Below are positions 29,976-37,580 of a stretch of DNA of 64,000 nt, piece by piece. Numbering within the stretch: the first letter of the stretch is position 1; each line of letters begins with the position of its first letter. The DNA comes from a virus (taxonomy: Duplodnaviria > Caudoviricetes), in IMG/VR virus record IMGVR_UViG_3300047160_007019, positions 12,994 to 76,993 of that record; one strand, given 5' to 3'. The notes under the pieces were generated by a model, which saw only the letters and a list, made by a program, of their open reading frames with translations, ran no database searches and was not told the origin of the DNA. Made by a program: the position numbers and the translations under genes.

Positions 29976-30584
29976 TCAACCGGGGCCTGGCAGCGCAGCG
30001 GGAGGTTCCGGCGTCAGCAGGCCCTGCACGCCTCCACCGGCATCCTTGGCACGCTGTACGAGCTCCACGAATCCCTGGCTCATGCCGCGGCCCATGTCCT
30101 CTGCCTCCTTCGCAAAGAGGTTGTGGTGACGCGCCAGCAGCGCGGCGGCATAGAGCTTCTGCTGGGTGGAGATACGGAAACCCTCGATCCGGAAGTCCTT
30201 GACGGTCTTGCCGTTGCGTTCCACCACGCCATTGGCGTTGATCTCGAAACCCATGCAGGCTGCCACGTCCTCGGGCCAGTCCTTGGGGTCCAGTAGCAGA
30301 CCGTCCTCGCCGTAGAAGTCTGCAGGCTTGAGCCGGACCACGCGAGACAACCAAGTCACCAGTTCATCGGCTTCAAGCTGCAGCCGCCGCAACTGCGACT
30401 GGTGGAGAGTGCGGATACGGGCCTGCACATTCTCCATGCCGATCAACTGGCTGCCGGCGCTGCGGCTGTTGTAGCCAGCCCGGCGGGCGGCACCTGTGGC
30501 GTTGCCGTCTTTCAGATATTCCCGCGCGAAGCGCTCGCGCATCGGGTTGCCGATGGCAGATTCACGCACGGACGGCATCGCCAT
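29976..30584 (-). CDS. terS: Terminase small subunit
   Basis: RERFAREYLKDGNATGAARRAGY HTH; adjacent to TerL. Confidence 0.85.
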   Translation of the reverse strand: MAMPSVRESAIGNPMRERFAREYLKDGNATGAARRAGYNSRSAGSQLIGMENVQARIRTLHQSQLRRLQLEADELVTWLSRVVRLKPADFYGEDGLLLDPKDWPEDVAACMGFEINANGVVERNGKTVKDFRIEGFRISTQQKLYAAALLARHHNLFAKEAEDMGRGMSQGFVELVQRAKDAGGGVQGLLTPEPPAALPGPG

Positions 30585-30861
30585 TCCCCTTTGGAGCATG
30601 CAGGTACTGGTCGCGCACCATGGCGTCGATTCCAGCCGGCAGCGCCAACTTCTTGTTGTCCTTGTGATACGGCAGCAGCACGAACGGCGGATCGCGCTCG
30701 GTGCGGATCGCGTCATAGGCGCGGCGGAACACGATGCCCACCTTCTCGTTGAACGAGACGTTGCAGTCGCCGGCCACGGCCATCAGCACCATGATGGTGT
30801 CGTGGATGTCCTTGTATTCCTGTTCCTGGAGCAGGAACGTGCCGTTGCCTTTTCTTTCCAT
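30562..30861 (-). CDS. Hypothetical protein
   Basis: Coupled ORF. Confidence 0.5.
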   Translation of the reverse strand: MERKGNGTFLLQEQEYKDIHDTIMVLMAVAGDCNVSFNEKVGIVFRRAYDAIRTERDPPFVLLPYHKDNKKLALPAGIDAMVRDQYLHAPKGNGDAVRA

Positions 30862-30875
30862 CTGCTACTTTTCCT

Positions 30876-31115
30876 TCAATGAACAGTCGTGGTCGACGTT
30901 GGGCTTTGCGCGGTCCTCATGTCCAGAAGATCGGCGGCGCAGACCTCGGCGGCGGCACGGTTGAGAATTTCGGTTGTACCGGCTGCCTCTCGCGGCCAGA
31001 TGCGGTGGATCTGCGCCTGAAAAGCCACTTCGCACAGTCTCCAGCCGAGAAGAAAACCCACCACGAACAGGACGGTCCCGGTGAGTGCCAGAACAATCAT
31101 GTCGTGGTGGGTCAT
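30876..31115 (-). CDS. Small membrane-anchored protein
   Basis: MTHHDMIVLALTGTVLFVVGFLLGW TM segment; RBS AAGGAG. Confidence 0.5.
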   Translation of the reverse strand: MTHHDMIVLALTGTVLFVVGFLLGWRLCEVAFQAQIHRIWPREAAGTTEILNRAAAEVCAADLLDMRTAQSPTSTTTVH

Positions 31116-31141
31116 CTCTCCTTTCCCTTCCCCAGGAAGCC

Positions 31142-31519
31142 TTAGGCGTCCTGCCAGTTGCTGATGCCGTCGGAAACCAGGTTCAGCTTGCCACCGGCGG
31201 CGTTGATGACCGGGCTGGTGCCGGCGCCGTTGTAGTGGTCGGAGCCGTTGAGGGTCAGCGTCAGGGTGTTGCCGCTGGTGCAGCCGCGGTGCGCGTCGAC
31301 CACCTTGAGCTGGACGCCGGCACCAAAGGCGGCAGCGGTCGGCAGCGAGAGGGTGCGGGCACCGGTCAGGGCCACGGTCGTGACGATGACGCGCTCGCCC
31401 TGGCCCATCACCTTCTGGTTCGGCAGCGGAGTGGCCGGCGGGGTCAGGCCGACCGATTCGTCGCCGATGGTGCGGAGGCCTCCGTCGCTGGGGTAAAACG
31501 GGTCTTGTGTCGAAAGCAT
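31142..31519 (-). CDS. Beta-rich, virion-decoration-like small protein
   Basis: ARTLSLPTAAAFGAG..VVD..NTLTLT..SDG..W pattern. Confidence 0.5.
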   Translation of the reverse strand: MLSTQDPFYPSDGGLRTIGDESVGLTPPATPLPNQKVMGQGERVIVTTVALTGARTLSLPTAAAFGAGVQLKVVDAHRGCTSGNTLTLTLNGSDHYNGAGTSPVINAAGGKLNLVSDGISNWQDA

Positions 31520-31615
31520 GTTTCAATCTCCTGCGGTTGTGGTCGGGTGCGGAGCTACGGTCTTTGGCGGAAAGGCCGGCGCTCCGCTGCCGGCACTCCG
31601 TTCATCAAAACGGTT

Positions 31616-31930
31616 TTAAGGCGGCGCCGTGGCGACGTTGTGGGGCTCCTTGGATTCCCCTTGCGCCGGCAGTCCGGCCTGGAAGTCCTCGCGGGCGGTC
31701 CGTCGCGTCTGTTTCAGGTGGCGCTGGTACTGCTTGCCGGTCATGCCCAGCGCAGCGGCTTCCTGGCGCATCCGTGCTTTCTCGGGGTTCGGTACGGCAG
31801 GCTTGCCGTGGGACGGCGCGCCGATCCCGCTCTTGAGCTCGGCGCGACGATGGTGGATCAGCAGTTCCGGCCGCACCGCGCGACCGCCCATGCCGTCGGT
31901 GTAGAACGGGGCCTTTGGCTTCTCGTTCAC
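31616..31930 (-). CDS. Hypothetical protein
   Basis: GTG start coupled to the upstream stop. Confidence 0.45.
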   Translation of the reverse strand: MNEKPKAPFYTDGMGGRAVRPELLIHHRRAELKSGIGAPSHGKPAVPNPEKARMRQEAAALGMTGKQYQRHLKQTRRTAREDFQAGLPAQGESKEPHNVATAPP

Positions 31931-32061
31931 TTCTTCCGGCCGCCGCCGCGCTTCTGCTGCACCTTCAGGAAAGGCTTTTGCTTCGCCTTCACCAGCTTGA
32001 GTGCAGCCGGCATGTGGCCCTGGTAGCGGGACGGCTTGGGGGATTGACGGACGGTGGTCAT
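31927..32061 (-). CDS. 44-aa basic protein MTTVRQSPKPSRYQGHMPAALKLVKAKQKPFLKVQQKRGGGRKK
   Basis: GAGG upstream; fills the gap after acb2. Confidence 0.45.
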   Translation of the reverse strand: MTTVRQSPKPSRYQGHMPAALKLVKAKQKPFLKVQQKRGGGRKK

Positions 32062-32068
32062 GGTGCCC

Positions 32069-32293
32069 TCAGAAGAACGTCGGCTTGGCTACGGCGCGTG
32101 TGAGCGCCATTAAGCCCGTCTGAAGGTCGGTGGCGCCGATGCTGACCCAGCGCTGGTCAATCTCCGGCGCGGCCCGCAGCTTGGCCACGAGAGCGCCCAA
32201 CTCCTCGCCCTTGGCCTTGACCTCGTTCATCAGGTCAATCTCGGTCTGGGACAGTTCGCGGTAGCCCTTGATCTGGCGGTGCTGGTTGTCCAT
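32069..32293 (-). CDS. acb2: Anti-CBASS cyclic-oligonucleotide sponge, Acb2 family
   Basis: MDNQHRQIKGYRELSQTEIDLMNEVK...RWVSIGATDLQTGLMALTRAVAKP matches Acb2 as I recall it; Y11 and K26 are in place. Confidence 0.88.
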   Translation of the reverse strand: MDNQHRQIKGYRELSQTEIDLMNEVKAKGEELGALVAKLRAAPEIDQRWVSIGATDLQTGLMALTRAVAKPTFF

Positions 32294-32297
32294 GGCC

Positions 32298-32762
32298 TCA
32301 ACTCGCGGCTTCGGTCTGGTGCGTCCGCTCTGCAGCGGCGGCCTGCTCCATCTCGGCAGCGGTGGGCGGAGCGGGTTCTTCCTGATGCGCAGCCGGGTTG
32401 GGAGCGTCAGACTCGGCGACCGCAGACCCAGCGGGTGCGGCCGGCGGCTTGACGCTGACCGCGATGTGGACAGCTTCCGGTCCGTGCTTCTCGATCAACT
32501 TCTGCACGTCGGCCAGGGAGACGGTCTGCGCCTCGCTAAAAGCGGCAGCAGCAACGGCCTCGGTCGCCTTGCCGGTGAACACATCGGTCAGGGTTTTGCC
32601 ATCGGGGCCGCGCTTCGGCTGCAGGGTGCCCAGTTCCGCCTCGTAGGCCCCCAGCTTGGCCGTGGCCGATGTGACAATGGCCGTGGCAGCGGACAACTCG
32701 GCGCGGTGGGCCTTGATGAGCGCGGTCAACTCGATCACGCGCAAATGGTTGATTACCGACAT
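32298..32762 (-). CDS. Hypothetical protein (MSVINHLRVIEL...)
   Basis: RBS AAGGAG; Ala-rich tail. Confidence 0.55.
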   Translation of the reverse strand: MSVINHLRVIELTALIKAHRAELSAATAIVTSATAKLGAYEAELGTLQPKRGPDGKTLTDVFTGKATEAVAAAAFSEAQTVSLADVQKLIEKHGPEAVHIAVSVKPPAAPAGSAVAESDAPNPAAHQEEPAPPTAAEMEQAAAAERTHQTEAAS

Positions 32763-32766
32763 GGAT

Positions 32767-33057
32767 TCACTCCTTGGGGTTGGACGCTGGCGGGAATGCC
32801 GCCAGGTAATTGGCCTCGCCTGGATGGCCAGGGGTATGGCCGAGAACGATAGTGGTCTGCGGCTTCTGGCCGGGCAGCGCGGGCCGCTCGTCGCCGTAGT
32901 CAATGAACCGGCCGGTGTCAGGCAGGCCGTTGGCGTCAGCTGCGGCTTTCAGGCCGGCCAGGACGCGGTTGGCACCGGGGGAACGGAGTTTGCGCAGGCC
33001 GAGTGCTGACTGCTCCAGGACTTTGAAGTCGCTGGGAATCTTGGCGTGTTCGGCCAT
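32767..33057 (-). CDS. Hypothetical protein, first gene after the terminator
   Basis: RBS GGAGG. Confidence 0.6.
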   Translation of the reverse strand: MAEHAKIPSDFKVLEQSALGLRKLRSPGANRVLAGLKAAADANGLPDTGRFIDYGDERPALPGQKPQTTIVLGHTPGHPGEANYLAAFPPASNPKE

Positions 33058-33070
33058 GGGCGACCTCCGG

Positions 33071-33100
33071 AAATTAAAAACCCCACCTTATCGTGGGGTT
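33071..33100 (-). terminator. Intrinsic terminator
   Basis: AACCCCAC-GAUAAG-GUGGGGUU followed by UUUAAUUU. Confidence 0.75.
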
Positions 33101-33485
33101 CCGCCTGACGTGGTTGCCCTCGCGCTTTTACGAGGTGTCGTCTCAGCGGTACAGCGCCTGAGATGAGACTGGTGGTCGTTGCCGCCTATTGCTGGCACAA
33201 GGCTTCGATGCTCGCGCAGCCGCGGCCGTTTCGCCAGCGTCTCTCAGGGTTCGGGGTTGTTCTACATCAGCCGGGGAAGCCCAGCAGCCGTTTGAATGCT
33301 ACCTGCTGGGCTCCCCGAAATTCCCTTCACGGTCGGGAGTTTGTTCGCTTCCAGCGCGGCCACCGTGGCGCTGGGGTTCTACTTCGGCCCTGGCTCCGTG
33401 GAGCGTGTCGGTGGCCGGCAAGATGGCGGGATGTGACCTCACCGCCGGGTCGCGCATCGTGTGCCAGAGGCCGCACGGCGCTGAG
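33101..33485 (-). ncRNA. Candidate structured ncRNA (about 380 nt)
   Basis: No convincing ORF; long-range helix 33192-33216/33451-33467 encloses further hairpins. Confidence 0.5.
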
Positions 33486-33490
33486 AATTT

Positions 33491-33545
33491 TGGTAGCGGA
33501 GGGTGGACTCGAACCACCGACTTCCGGCTTATGAGGCCGGTGAAT
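33491..33545 (-). pseudogene. 3' half of tRNA-Met(CAT), initiator-like; 5' half missing
   Basis: CCGGC-CTCATAA-GCCGG, T arm GGTGG-TTCGAGT-CCACC, CTCCGCT-A-CCA; no complementary acceptor 5' strand upstream. Confidence 0.8.
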
Positions 33546-33549
33546 CCTC

Positions 33550-33774
33550 GTGATCCCAGATCAGCAGCCTGATCCTTCGTTTCAAGTCACCGTTTCGTTC
33601 ACGGAGATTTCGACTCTCCGTGACGAGAATGCGGCGCTCCGACAGGAGAATGCGGCGCTCAAGGCAGACAAGGCGAAACTCCAAACGGAGAACGAAGCGC
33701 TTAAGCAAGAGATTGCCCGGTTGCGTGAACCACGCAGCAAATCCAGGCCGGTCGAACCAGTTAAGTGGAAATAG
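33550..33774 (+). CDS. Coiled-coil protein in foreign insert
   Basis: Heptad repeats LRDENAALRQENAALK. Confidence 0.45.
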   Translation: MIPDQQPDPSFQVTVSFTEISTLRDENAALRQENAALKADKAKLQTENEALKQEIARLREPRSKSRPVEPVKWK

Positions 33775-33820
33775 TAGGCGACTTACTACAGCGATCCACA
33801 GCTTAACAGCGAGAATCCTC

Positions 33821-34291
33821 ATGTCAGACTTCTCCAATCCGATCTTCCACGATGAAACCAAGGCCCGCGAGTGGCTGGAAGCCCGGCTGTGGCCGAACGG
33901 TCCGGTTTGCCCGCATTGCGGCACCATCGACGAAGCGACGTTGATGCAAGGACAATCCCACCGCGCCGGCCTCTACCAGTGCAATGCTTGCCGCGAGCCG
34001 TTTACTGTGACGGTCGGCACGCTCTACGAGCGTTCCAAGATTCCGCTTCACAAGTGGCTCGCAGCCACGCACTTGATGATGGCGAGCAAGAAAGGGATCA
34101 GCGCGCTACAGGTCGGGCGTATGCTCGGGTTTAGCAAAAAGACCGCATGGTTCGTTTGCCATCGCATCCGCGAAAGCCTGCGAGAGACGAACCCGGAACT
34201 GCTTGGTGGTGGTCCTGACGGCACCATCGAGGCCGATGAAACCTACGTGGGCGGCAAGGAGCGCAACAAGCACCGCTCCAAGCGCGAGTAG
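33821..34291 (+). pseudogene. IS1595 transposase, truncated after the first DDE aspartate
   Basis: Zn ribbon RLWPNGPVCPHCG..YQCNAC, SKKGISA, EADETYVGG, then TAG. Confidence 0.9.
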
Positions 34292-34301
34292 TGACATAGC
34301 G

Positions 34302-34574
34302 GTGAAGTGCGCCCTGTTCATCGCAGAAAAGCCGATACCCGGTGGCGCACCTTCCGCAATGTCAAACTGGTCAAACTTCCAAGGCTCCGCAGCCGGTAGT
34401 ATGCAGACGCTTTCAGGAATACAGCGGCTGAGCGAAGGTGTGTACCTGTGTTCTTTAGATGATGGCCTGACCCCTCTGACCATCCTCGATAGTCTCGCCA
34501 CAAAGTGGCACATTCCGTCTCGTACGTTGTTCTTCGAATCTGATCCGCCGTTTGTCGTGAATCCTGGGGCGTAA
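34302..34574 (+). CDS. IS passenger hypothetical protein
   Basis: ORF inside the IS segment. Confidence 0.4.
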   Translation: MKCALFIAEKPIPGGAPSAMSNWSNFQGSAAGSMQTLSGIQRLSEGVYLCSLDDGLTPLTILDSLATKWHIPSRTLFFESDPPFVVNPGA

Positions 34575-34594
34575 TTTCGCGCATAGCACCTCCT

Positions 34595-34915
34595 ATGAGC
34601 GATTCCCAGCAAAAAGAGCTAACGCCTGCGCTGCGTCTCAAGATCGCCAAGCCAGGCCACCAGGTAGCGAAAAAGTCAAAACTGACATTCCACGCAAACG
34701 AAGCCGAACACGTAGCTAGGTGCCTGCTGGCTACTCAAGGTTTGTTTGACGCTTTGCACGAGAAGCATTTCCCCGACGCACGGCCCGTGGTTTACGGGCT
34801 TCAAGCATTGCCGAAAACACCCTTTCAGCAACTTCGTCTGGACTATCTTCAACTTCTAAACCAGAGAAAAAAGGCAACAGCACGTAGCCGCCAGCAGCGC
34901 GCATCTGGTAAGTGA
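34595..34915 (+). CDS. IS passenger hypothetical protein
   Basis: ORF inside the IS segment. Confidence 0.4.
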   Translation: MSDSQQKELTPALRLKIAKPGHQVAKKSKLTFHANEAEHVARCLLATQGLFDALHEKHFPDARPVVYGLQALPKTPFQQLRLDYLQLLNQRKKATARSRQQRASGK

Positions 34916-35119
34916 TCCTAATGTGTTTTGGTCCGCCGTTCGTCATAGTGCTACGTTAAAGTGATAATTCCCCCCGATCCCTACCAGCACCGCCGGGTCC
35001 TACTCACCAACCCAAGGAACCGTCATGAAAAACCTTCGCGCACGGTTCGTCCGCTGCAAATCCTATGATTTTTAACGTTCAACTGCAAGTAGGACCGCCT
35101 AATGGCCTGTGGATAAATC

Positions 35120-35686
35120 CTACTGCATGGCCTTCTGCAGCGGATTTGCGCAGCTCTCCAGCCACGCTTGCTGGTCGGCCGTGATCTTCCTGCCGCTCAT
35201 CACCAGCAGCAGGTAGCGCGCCGGATCGGGCTCGTATGGGACCGCCAGGAGGCGCATGCCGGCCTGCTCGGGCGTCCGGTCGCGCTTGTGGTGGTTGCAC
35301 TTCGAACAGGCGCTGGCTACGTTGGTCCAGACGTTGCGGCCGCCGCGGCTGGTCGGGACGACGTGATCGCGGGTCAGGCCGGCCGGGCCATGCTTGGTGC
35401 CGCAGTACAGACACAGATGGCCGTCTCGCTGGAACAGTGCACGGTTGGTGAGCGGCGGTGCACGGCGCTTGTCGAACCGGTGCCCCCGGTCGGCCACCGC
35501 GATGATGGAGTTGAGGGCCAGGATCGACTGCTGACCGTCCCGGCGCTGACCGCCACGGACCACGAATGTTGTCTCTCCAGCCTCCCACTTCACCCGGTCG
35601 CGGGCGTAGAGCGTGGCAGCCTCCTGCCAGGCGATCCACTCGACCGGCGATCCGGAAACGTCCAGTTTCAGTATGTGAGGCGACAC
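35120..35686 (-). CDS. HNH endonuclease at the 3' end of the tRNA array
   Basis: LFQRDGHLCLYCG..LTRDHVVPTSRGG..WTNVASACSKCNHHK. Confidence 0.9.
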   Translation of the reverse strand: MSPHILKLDVSGSPVEWIAWQEAATLYARDRVKWEAGETTFVVRGGQRRDGQQSILALNSIIAVADRGHRFDKRRAPPLTNRALFQRDGHLCLYCGTKHGPAGLTRDHVVPTSRGGRNVWTNVASACSKCNHHKRDRTPEQAGMRLLAVPYEPDPARYLLLVMSGRKITADQQAWLESCANPLQKAMQ

Positions 35687-35742
35687 GGCATTTGCTCCCT
35701 ATTAGGGCTAGTCTCTGACAGCTTGGGTCGTTTGCACAATGA

Positions 35743-35818
35743 TGGTACCCCTGGGGAGACTCGAACTCCCGACACCCAACTTAGAACGAAGGGACTCTAC
35801 CGACTGAGCTACAGGGGT
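35743..35818 (-). tRNA. tRNA-Arg(TCT), atypical (G32, two U.U mismatches in the anticodon stem)
   Basis: Cloverleaf; CCTTC-GTTCTAA-GTTGG; CCA encoded. Confidence 0.7.
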
Positions 35819-35830
35819 ATGGCGGACGGT

Positions 35831-35906
35831 TGGATCAAGCAGCAGGAATCGAACCTGCGTGGTCGACGTTCAAAGCGTCGCTGGGATGCCAGCAACCCAT
35901 GCTTGA
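35831..35906 (-). tRNA. tRNA-Gln(TTG)
   Basis: CGACG-CTTTGAA-CGTCG; CCA. Confidence 0.88.
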
Positions 35907-35907
35907 A

Positions 35908-35982
35908 TGGAACGCCAGGAGGGAATCGAACCCTCGGCCACCCCGCTAGGACCGGGGAGCTCTACCGCTGAGCTACTGGCGT
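35908..35982 (-). tRNA. tRNA-Arg(CCT), G32/G38
   Basis: CCCCG-GTCCTAG-CGGGG; CCA. Confidence 0.85.
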
Positions 35983-35985
35983 GTG

Positions 35986-36063
35986 TGGTGCGCAGTGTGG
36001 GAGTCGAACCCACAAGCCGCTCGTTTTGAGCGAGCGAGGTATGCCAGTTCCCTTCAACTGCGC
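35986..36063 (-). tRNA. tRNA-Leu(CAA), short variable arm
   Basis: GCTCG-CTCAAAA-CGAGC; CCA. Confidence 0.88.
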
Positions 36064-36064
36064 G

Positions 36065-36141
36065 TGGTGCCGGGCCGGGGACTCGAACCCCGAAAACGCA
36101 AGGTTTAAATCTGCGATGTCTGCCGATTGCATCAGCCCGGC
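36065..36141 (-). tRNA. tRNA-Leu(TAA), short variable arm
   Basis: GCAGA-TTTAAAC-CTTGC; CCA. Confidence 0.82.
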
Positions 36142-36145
36142 GTAG

Positions 36146-36220
36146 TGGTGGGGCGCATGGGATTTGAACCCACATCGACCGGATTAAAAGTCCGGGGTCC
36201 TGCCGTTGGACGAACGCCCC
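36146..36220 (-). tRNA. tRNA-Lys(TTT)
   Basis: CCGGA-CTTTTAA-TCCGG; CCA. Confidence 0.9.
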
Positions 36221-36229
36221 GCATGAAAG

Positions 36230-36305
36230 TGGTGGTGACGGCCGGGCTTGAACCGGCGCCGTCCTGGTTATGGGCCAGGCGCTCTCCCGACTAAGCTACG
36301 TCACC
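36230..36305 (-). tRNA. tRNA-Met or Ile2 (CAT), C33
   Basis: CCTGG-CCCATAA-CCAGG; CCA. Confidence 0.85.
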
Positions 36306-36310
36306 GTGAT

Positions 36311-36389
36311 TGGTCGGAGCGGCGGGATTCGAACCCGCGGCCCACTGTCCCCCAGACAGGTGCGCTAAACCAGGCTGCGCCACGCTCCG
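36311..36389 (-). tRNA. tRNA-Pro(GGG)
   Basis: Loop CTGGGGG; C1-G72; CCA. Confidence 0.88.
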
Positions 36390-36395
36390 ATGTGA

Positions 36396-36486
36396 TGGCG
36401 GAAGGCGGAGGACTCGAACCCCAAGCGCTGTTGCGCTCCATCGGCTTTCAAGGCCGCGGCCAGCTCCGGTGCTGGCATCACCTTCC
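36396..36486 (-). tRNA. tRNA-Ser(TGA)
   Basis: Loop CTTGAAA; long variable arm; G73. Confidence 0.9.
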
Positions 36487-36491
36487 GTTGT

Positions 36492-36566
36492 TGGTGCCGG
36501 CGAGAGGATTCGAACCTCCAACCCGCGCGTTACGAATGCGCTGCGCTACCGTTGCGCTACGTCGGC
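36492..36566 (-). tRNA. tRNA-Thr(CGT)
   Basis: Loop TTCGTAA; CCA. Confidence 0.9.
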
Positions 36567-36572
36567 GAATAT

Positions 36573-36646
36573 TGGTGCCCCAACACAGAATCGAACTGTG
36601 CTCTCCTGCTTACAAGGCAGGTGCATCCCCACAATGCTTCAAGGGC
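36573..36646 (-). tRNA. tRNA-Thr(TGT)
   Basis: CCTGC-CTTGTAA-GCAGG; CCA. Confidence 0.88.
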
Positions 36647-36647
36647 G

Positions 36648-36722
36648 TGGTGCCATCGGCAGGAATCGGACCTGCGACCTCCGCTTTACCAAAGCGGCGT
36701 TCTACCACTGAACTACGAAGGC
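36648..36722 (-). tRNA. tRNA-Thr(GGT)
   Basis: CCGCT-TTGGTAA-AGCGG; T loop TCCGATT. Confidence 0.88.
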
Positions 36723-36723
36723 A

Positions 36724-36799
36724 TGGCGAACCATGCGGGAGTCCCACCCGCTTCGGTCAGCTTGAAGGGCTGATGGCTCCAGTCTTTGCCATATGGTTC
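36724..36799 (-). tRNA. tRNA-Glu(TTC), C33, T loop TGGGACT
   Basis: TCAGC-CCTTCAA-GCTGA; G73; CCA. Confidence 0.8.
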
Positions 36800-36805
36800 T
36801 TCGAA

Positions 36806-36883
36806 TGGTGCGCCAGGGGAGATTCGAACTCCCATGGGACTGCCACCTCAAGGCAGCGCGTATACCGATTCCGCCACTGGCGC
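36806..36883 (-). tRNA. tRNA-Leu(GAG), short variable arm
   Basis: CTGCC-TTGAGGT-GGCAG; CCA. Confidence 0.88.
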
Positions 36884-36889
36884 ATGGGT

Positions 36890-36963
36890 TGGTGGGCACA
36901 GAGGGAGTTGAACCCTCATCTTTCCGGTTAAGAGCCGGAGGCTCTGCGTTGAGCTACATGCCC
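36890..36963 (-). tRNA. tRNA-Lys(CTT)
   Basis: TCCGG-CTCTTAA-CCGGA; CCA. Confidence 0.9.
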
Positions 36964-36971
36964 ATGGAAAA

Positions 36972-37047
36972 TGGAGGGATAGGTGGAAGTCGAATCCACT
37001 AGCCAACGGAGTCACAGTCCGCGCCCGCGCCGTTTGGGTTCTATCCC
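36972..37047 (-). tRNA. tRNA-His(GTG), no encoded G-1, U73
   Basis: GCGGA-CTGTGAC-TCCGT; acceptor GGGATAG/CTATCCC-T-CCA. Confidence 0.85.
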
Positions 37048-37052
37048 GCTGA

Positions 37053-37127
37053 TGGTGCACCAGGGTGGAGTCAAACCACCGGCCTATCGCTTATCGGGCG
37101 AGTGCTCTTTCGCTGAGCTACAGGTGC
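37053..37127 (-). tRNA. tRNA-Ile(GAT), C33
   Basis: Loop CCGATAA; CCA. Confidence 0.85.
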
Positions 37128-37135
37128 ATGAAATG

Positions 37136-37210
37136 TGGCGCCCTTGGCGGGTGCTGACCCCGCGGCCTCCCGCTCGACAGGCGGGCGTTCCACCGTTGAA
37201 CTACAAGGGC
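37136..37210 (-). tRNA. tRNA-Asp(GTC), T loop GTCAGCA
   Basis: CCCGC-CTGTCGA-GCGGG; G73. Confidence 0.82.
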
Positions 37211-37216
37211 AAAGCT

Positions 37217-37293
37217 TGGTGCGTCCGGGTGGGTACGATCCACCGACCTCCGCCCTGTCATGGCGGCGTTCTGCCAATTTGAACTACGGACGC
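37217..37293 (-). tRNA. tRNA-Val(GAC), A32/G38, T loop ATCGTAC
   Basis: CCGCC-ATGACAG-GGCGG; CCA. Confidence 0.82.
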
Positions 37294-37300
37294 GCATGTG

Positions 37301-37391
37301 TGGCGGATCGTAGAGGAGTCGAACCTCTGTGTCCCCTGTAGGAACCATCTGTTTAGCAAACAGCGCCGTTTGGCCTCTCCGGCAACGATCC
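37301..37391 (-). tRNA. tRNA-Ser(GCT)
   Basis: Loop TTGCTAA; long variable arm; G73. Confidence 0.88.
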
Positions 37392-37399
37392 AGGACTTG

Positions 37400-37486
37400 T
37401 GGCGGATGGAGCAGGACTCGAACCTGCAGGCCGCTTGCGCAGCACCTCGCTTCCAACGAGGATCCTTACCGTTCGGACATCCATCC
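37400..37486 (-). tRNA. tRNA-Ser(GGA)
   Basis: Loop TTGGAAG; long variable arm; G73. Confidence 0.9.
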
Positions 37487-37491
37487 AAAGC

Positions 37492-37570
37492 TGGTAGCCA
37501 ACCAGGGAGTCGAACCCTGCACCTCCGGTTTGTAGGACCGGCACTCTACTCGATCATGAGCTAGTCGGCT
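37492..37570 (-). tRNA. tRNA-Val(TAC), C33
   Basis: CCGGT-CCTACAA-ACCGG; CCA. Confidence 0.86.
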
Positions 37571-37580
37571 GTGGTGATGG

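Larger units (their letters stand above)
33767..34972 (+). mobile_element. Degenerate IS1595-family element with passenger genes
   Basis: Truncated transposase; right end GTTAAAGTGATAATTCCC resembles an IS1595 inverted repeat; left boundary uncertain. Confidence 0.65.

Noticed and set aside
33200-33280. Hammerhead ribozyme near CUGAUGU and CUGAGAG..GAAAC
   Set aside because: The CUGANGA core is not matched.
33491-33545. tRNA 3' half as an attP core
   Set aside because: No integrase nearby and the sequence looks like an array-type Met tRNA cut by the insert; not fully excluded.
35743-35818. Amber suppressor (CTA) reading of the last tRNA
   Set aside because: Canonical arm lengths centre TCT in the loop; a CTA reading needs a shifted, poorly paired stem.
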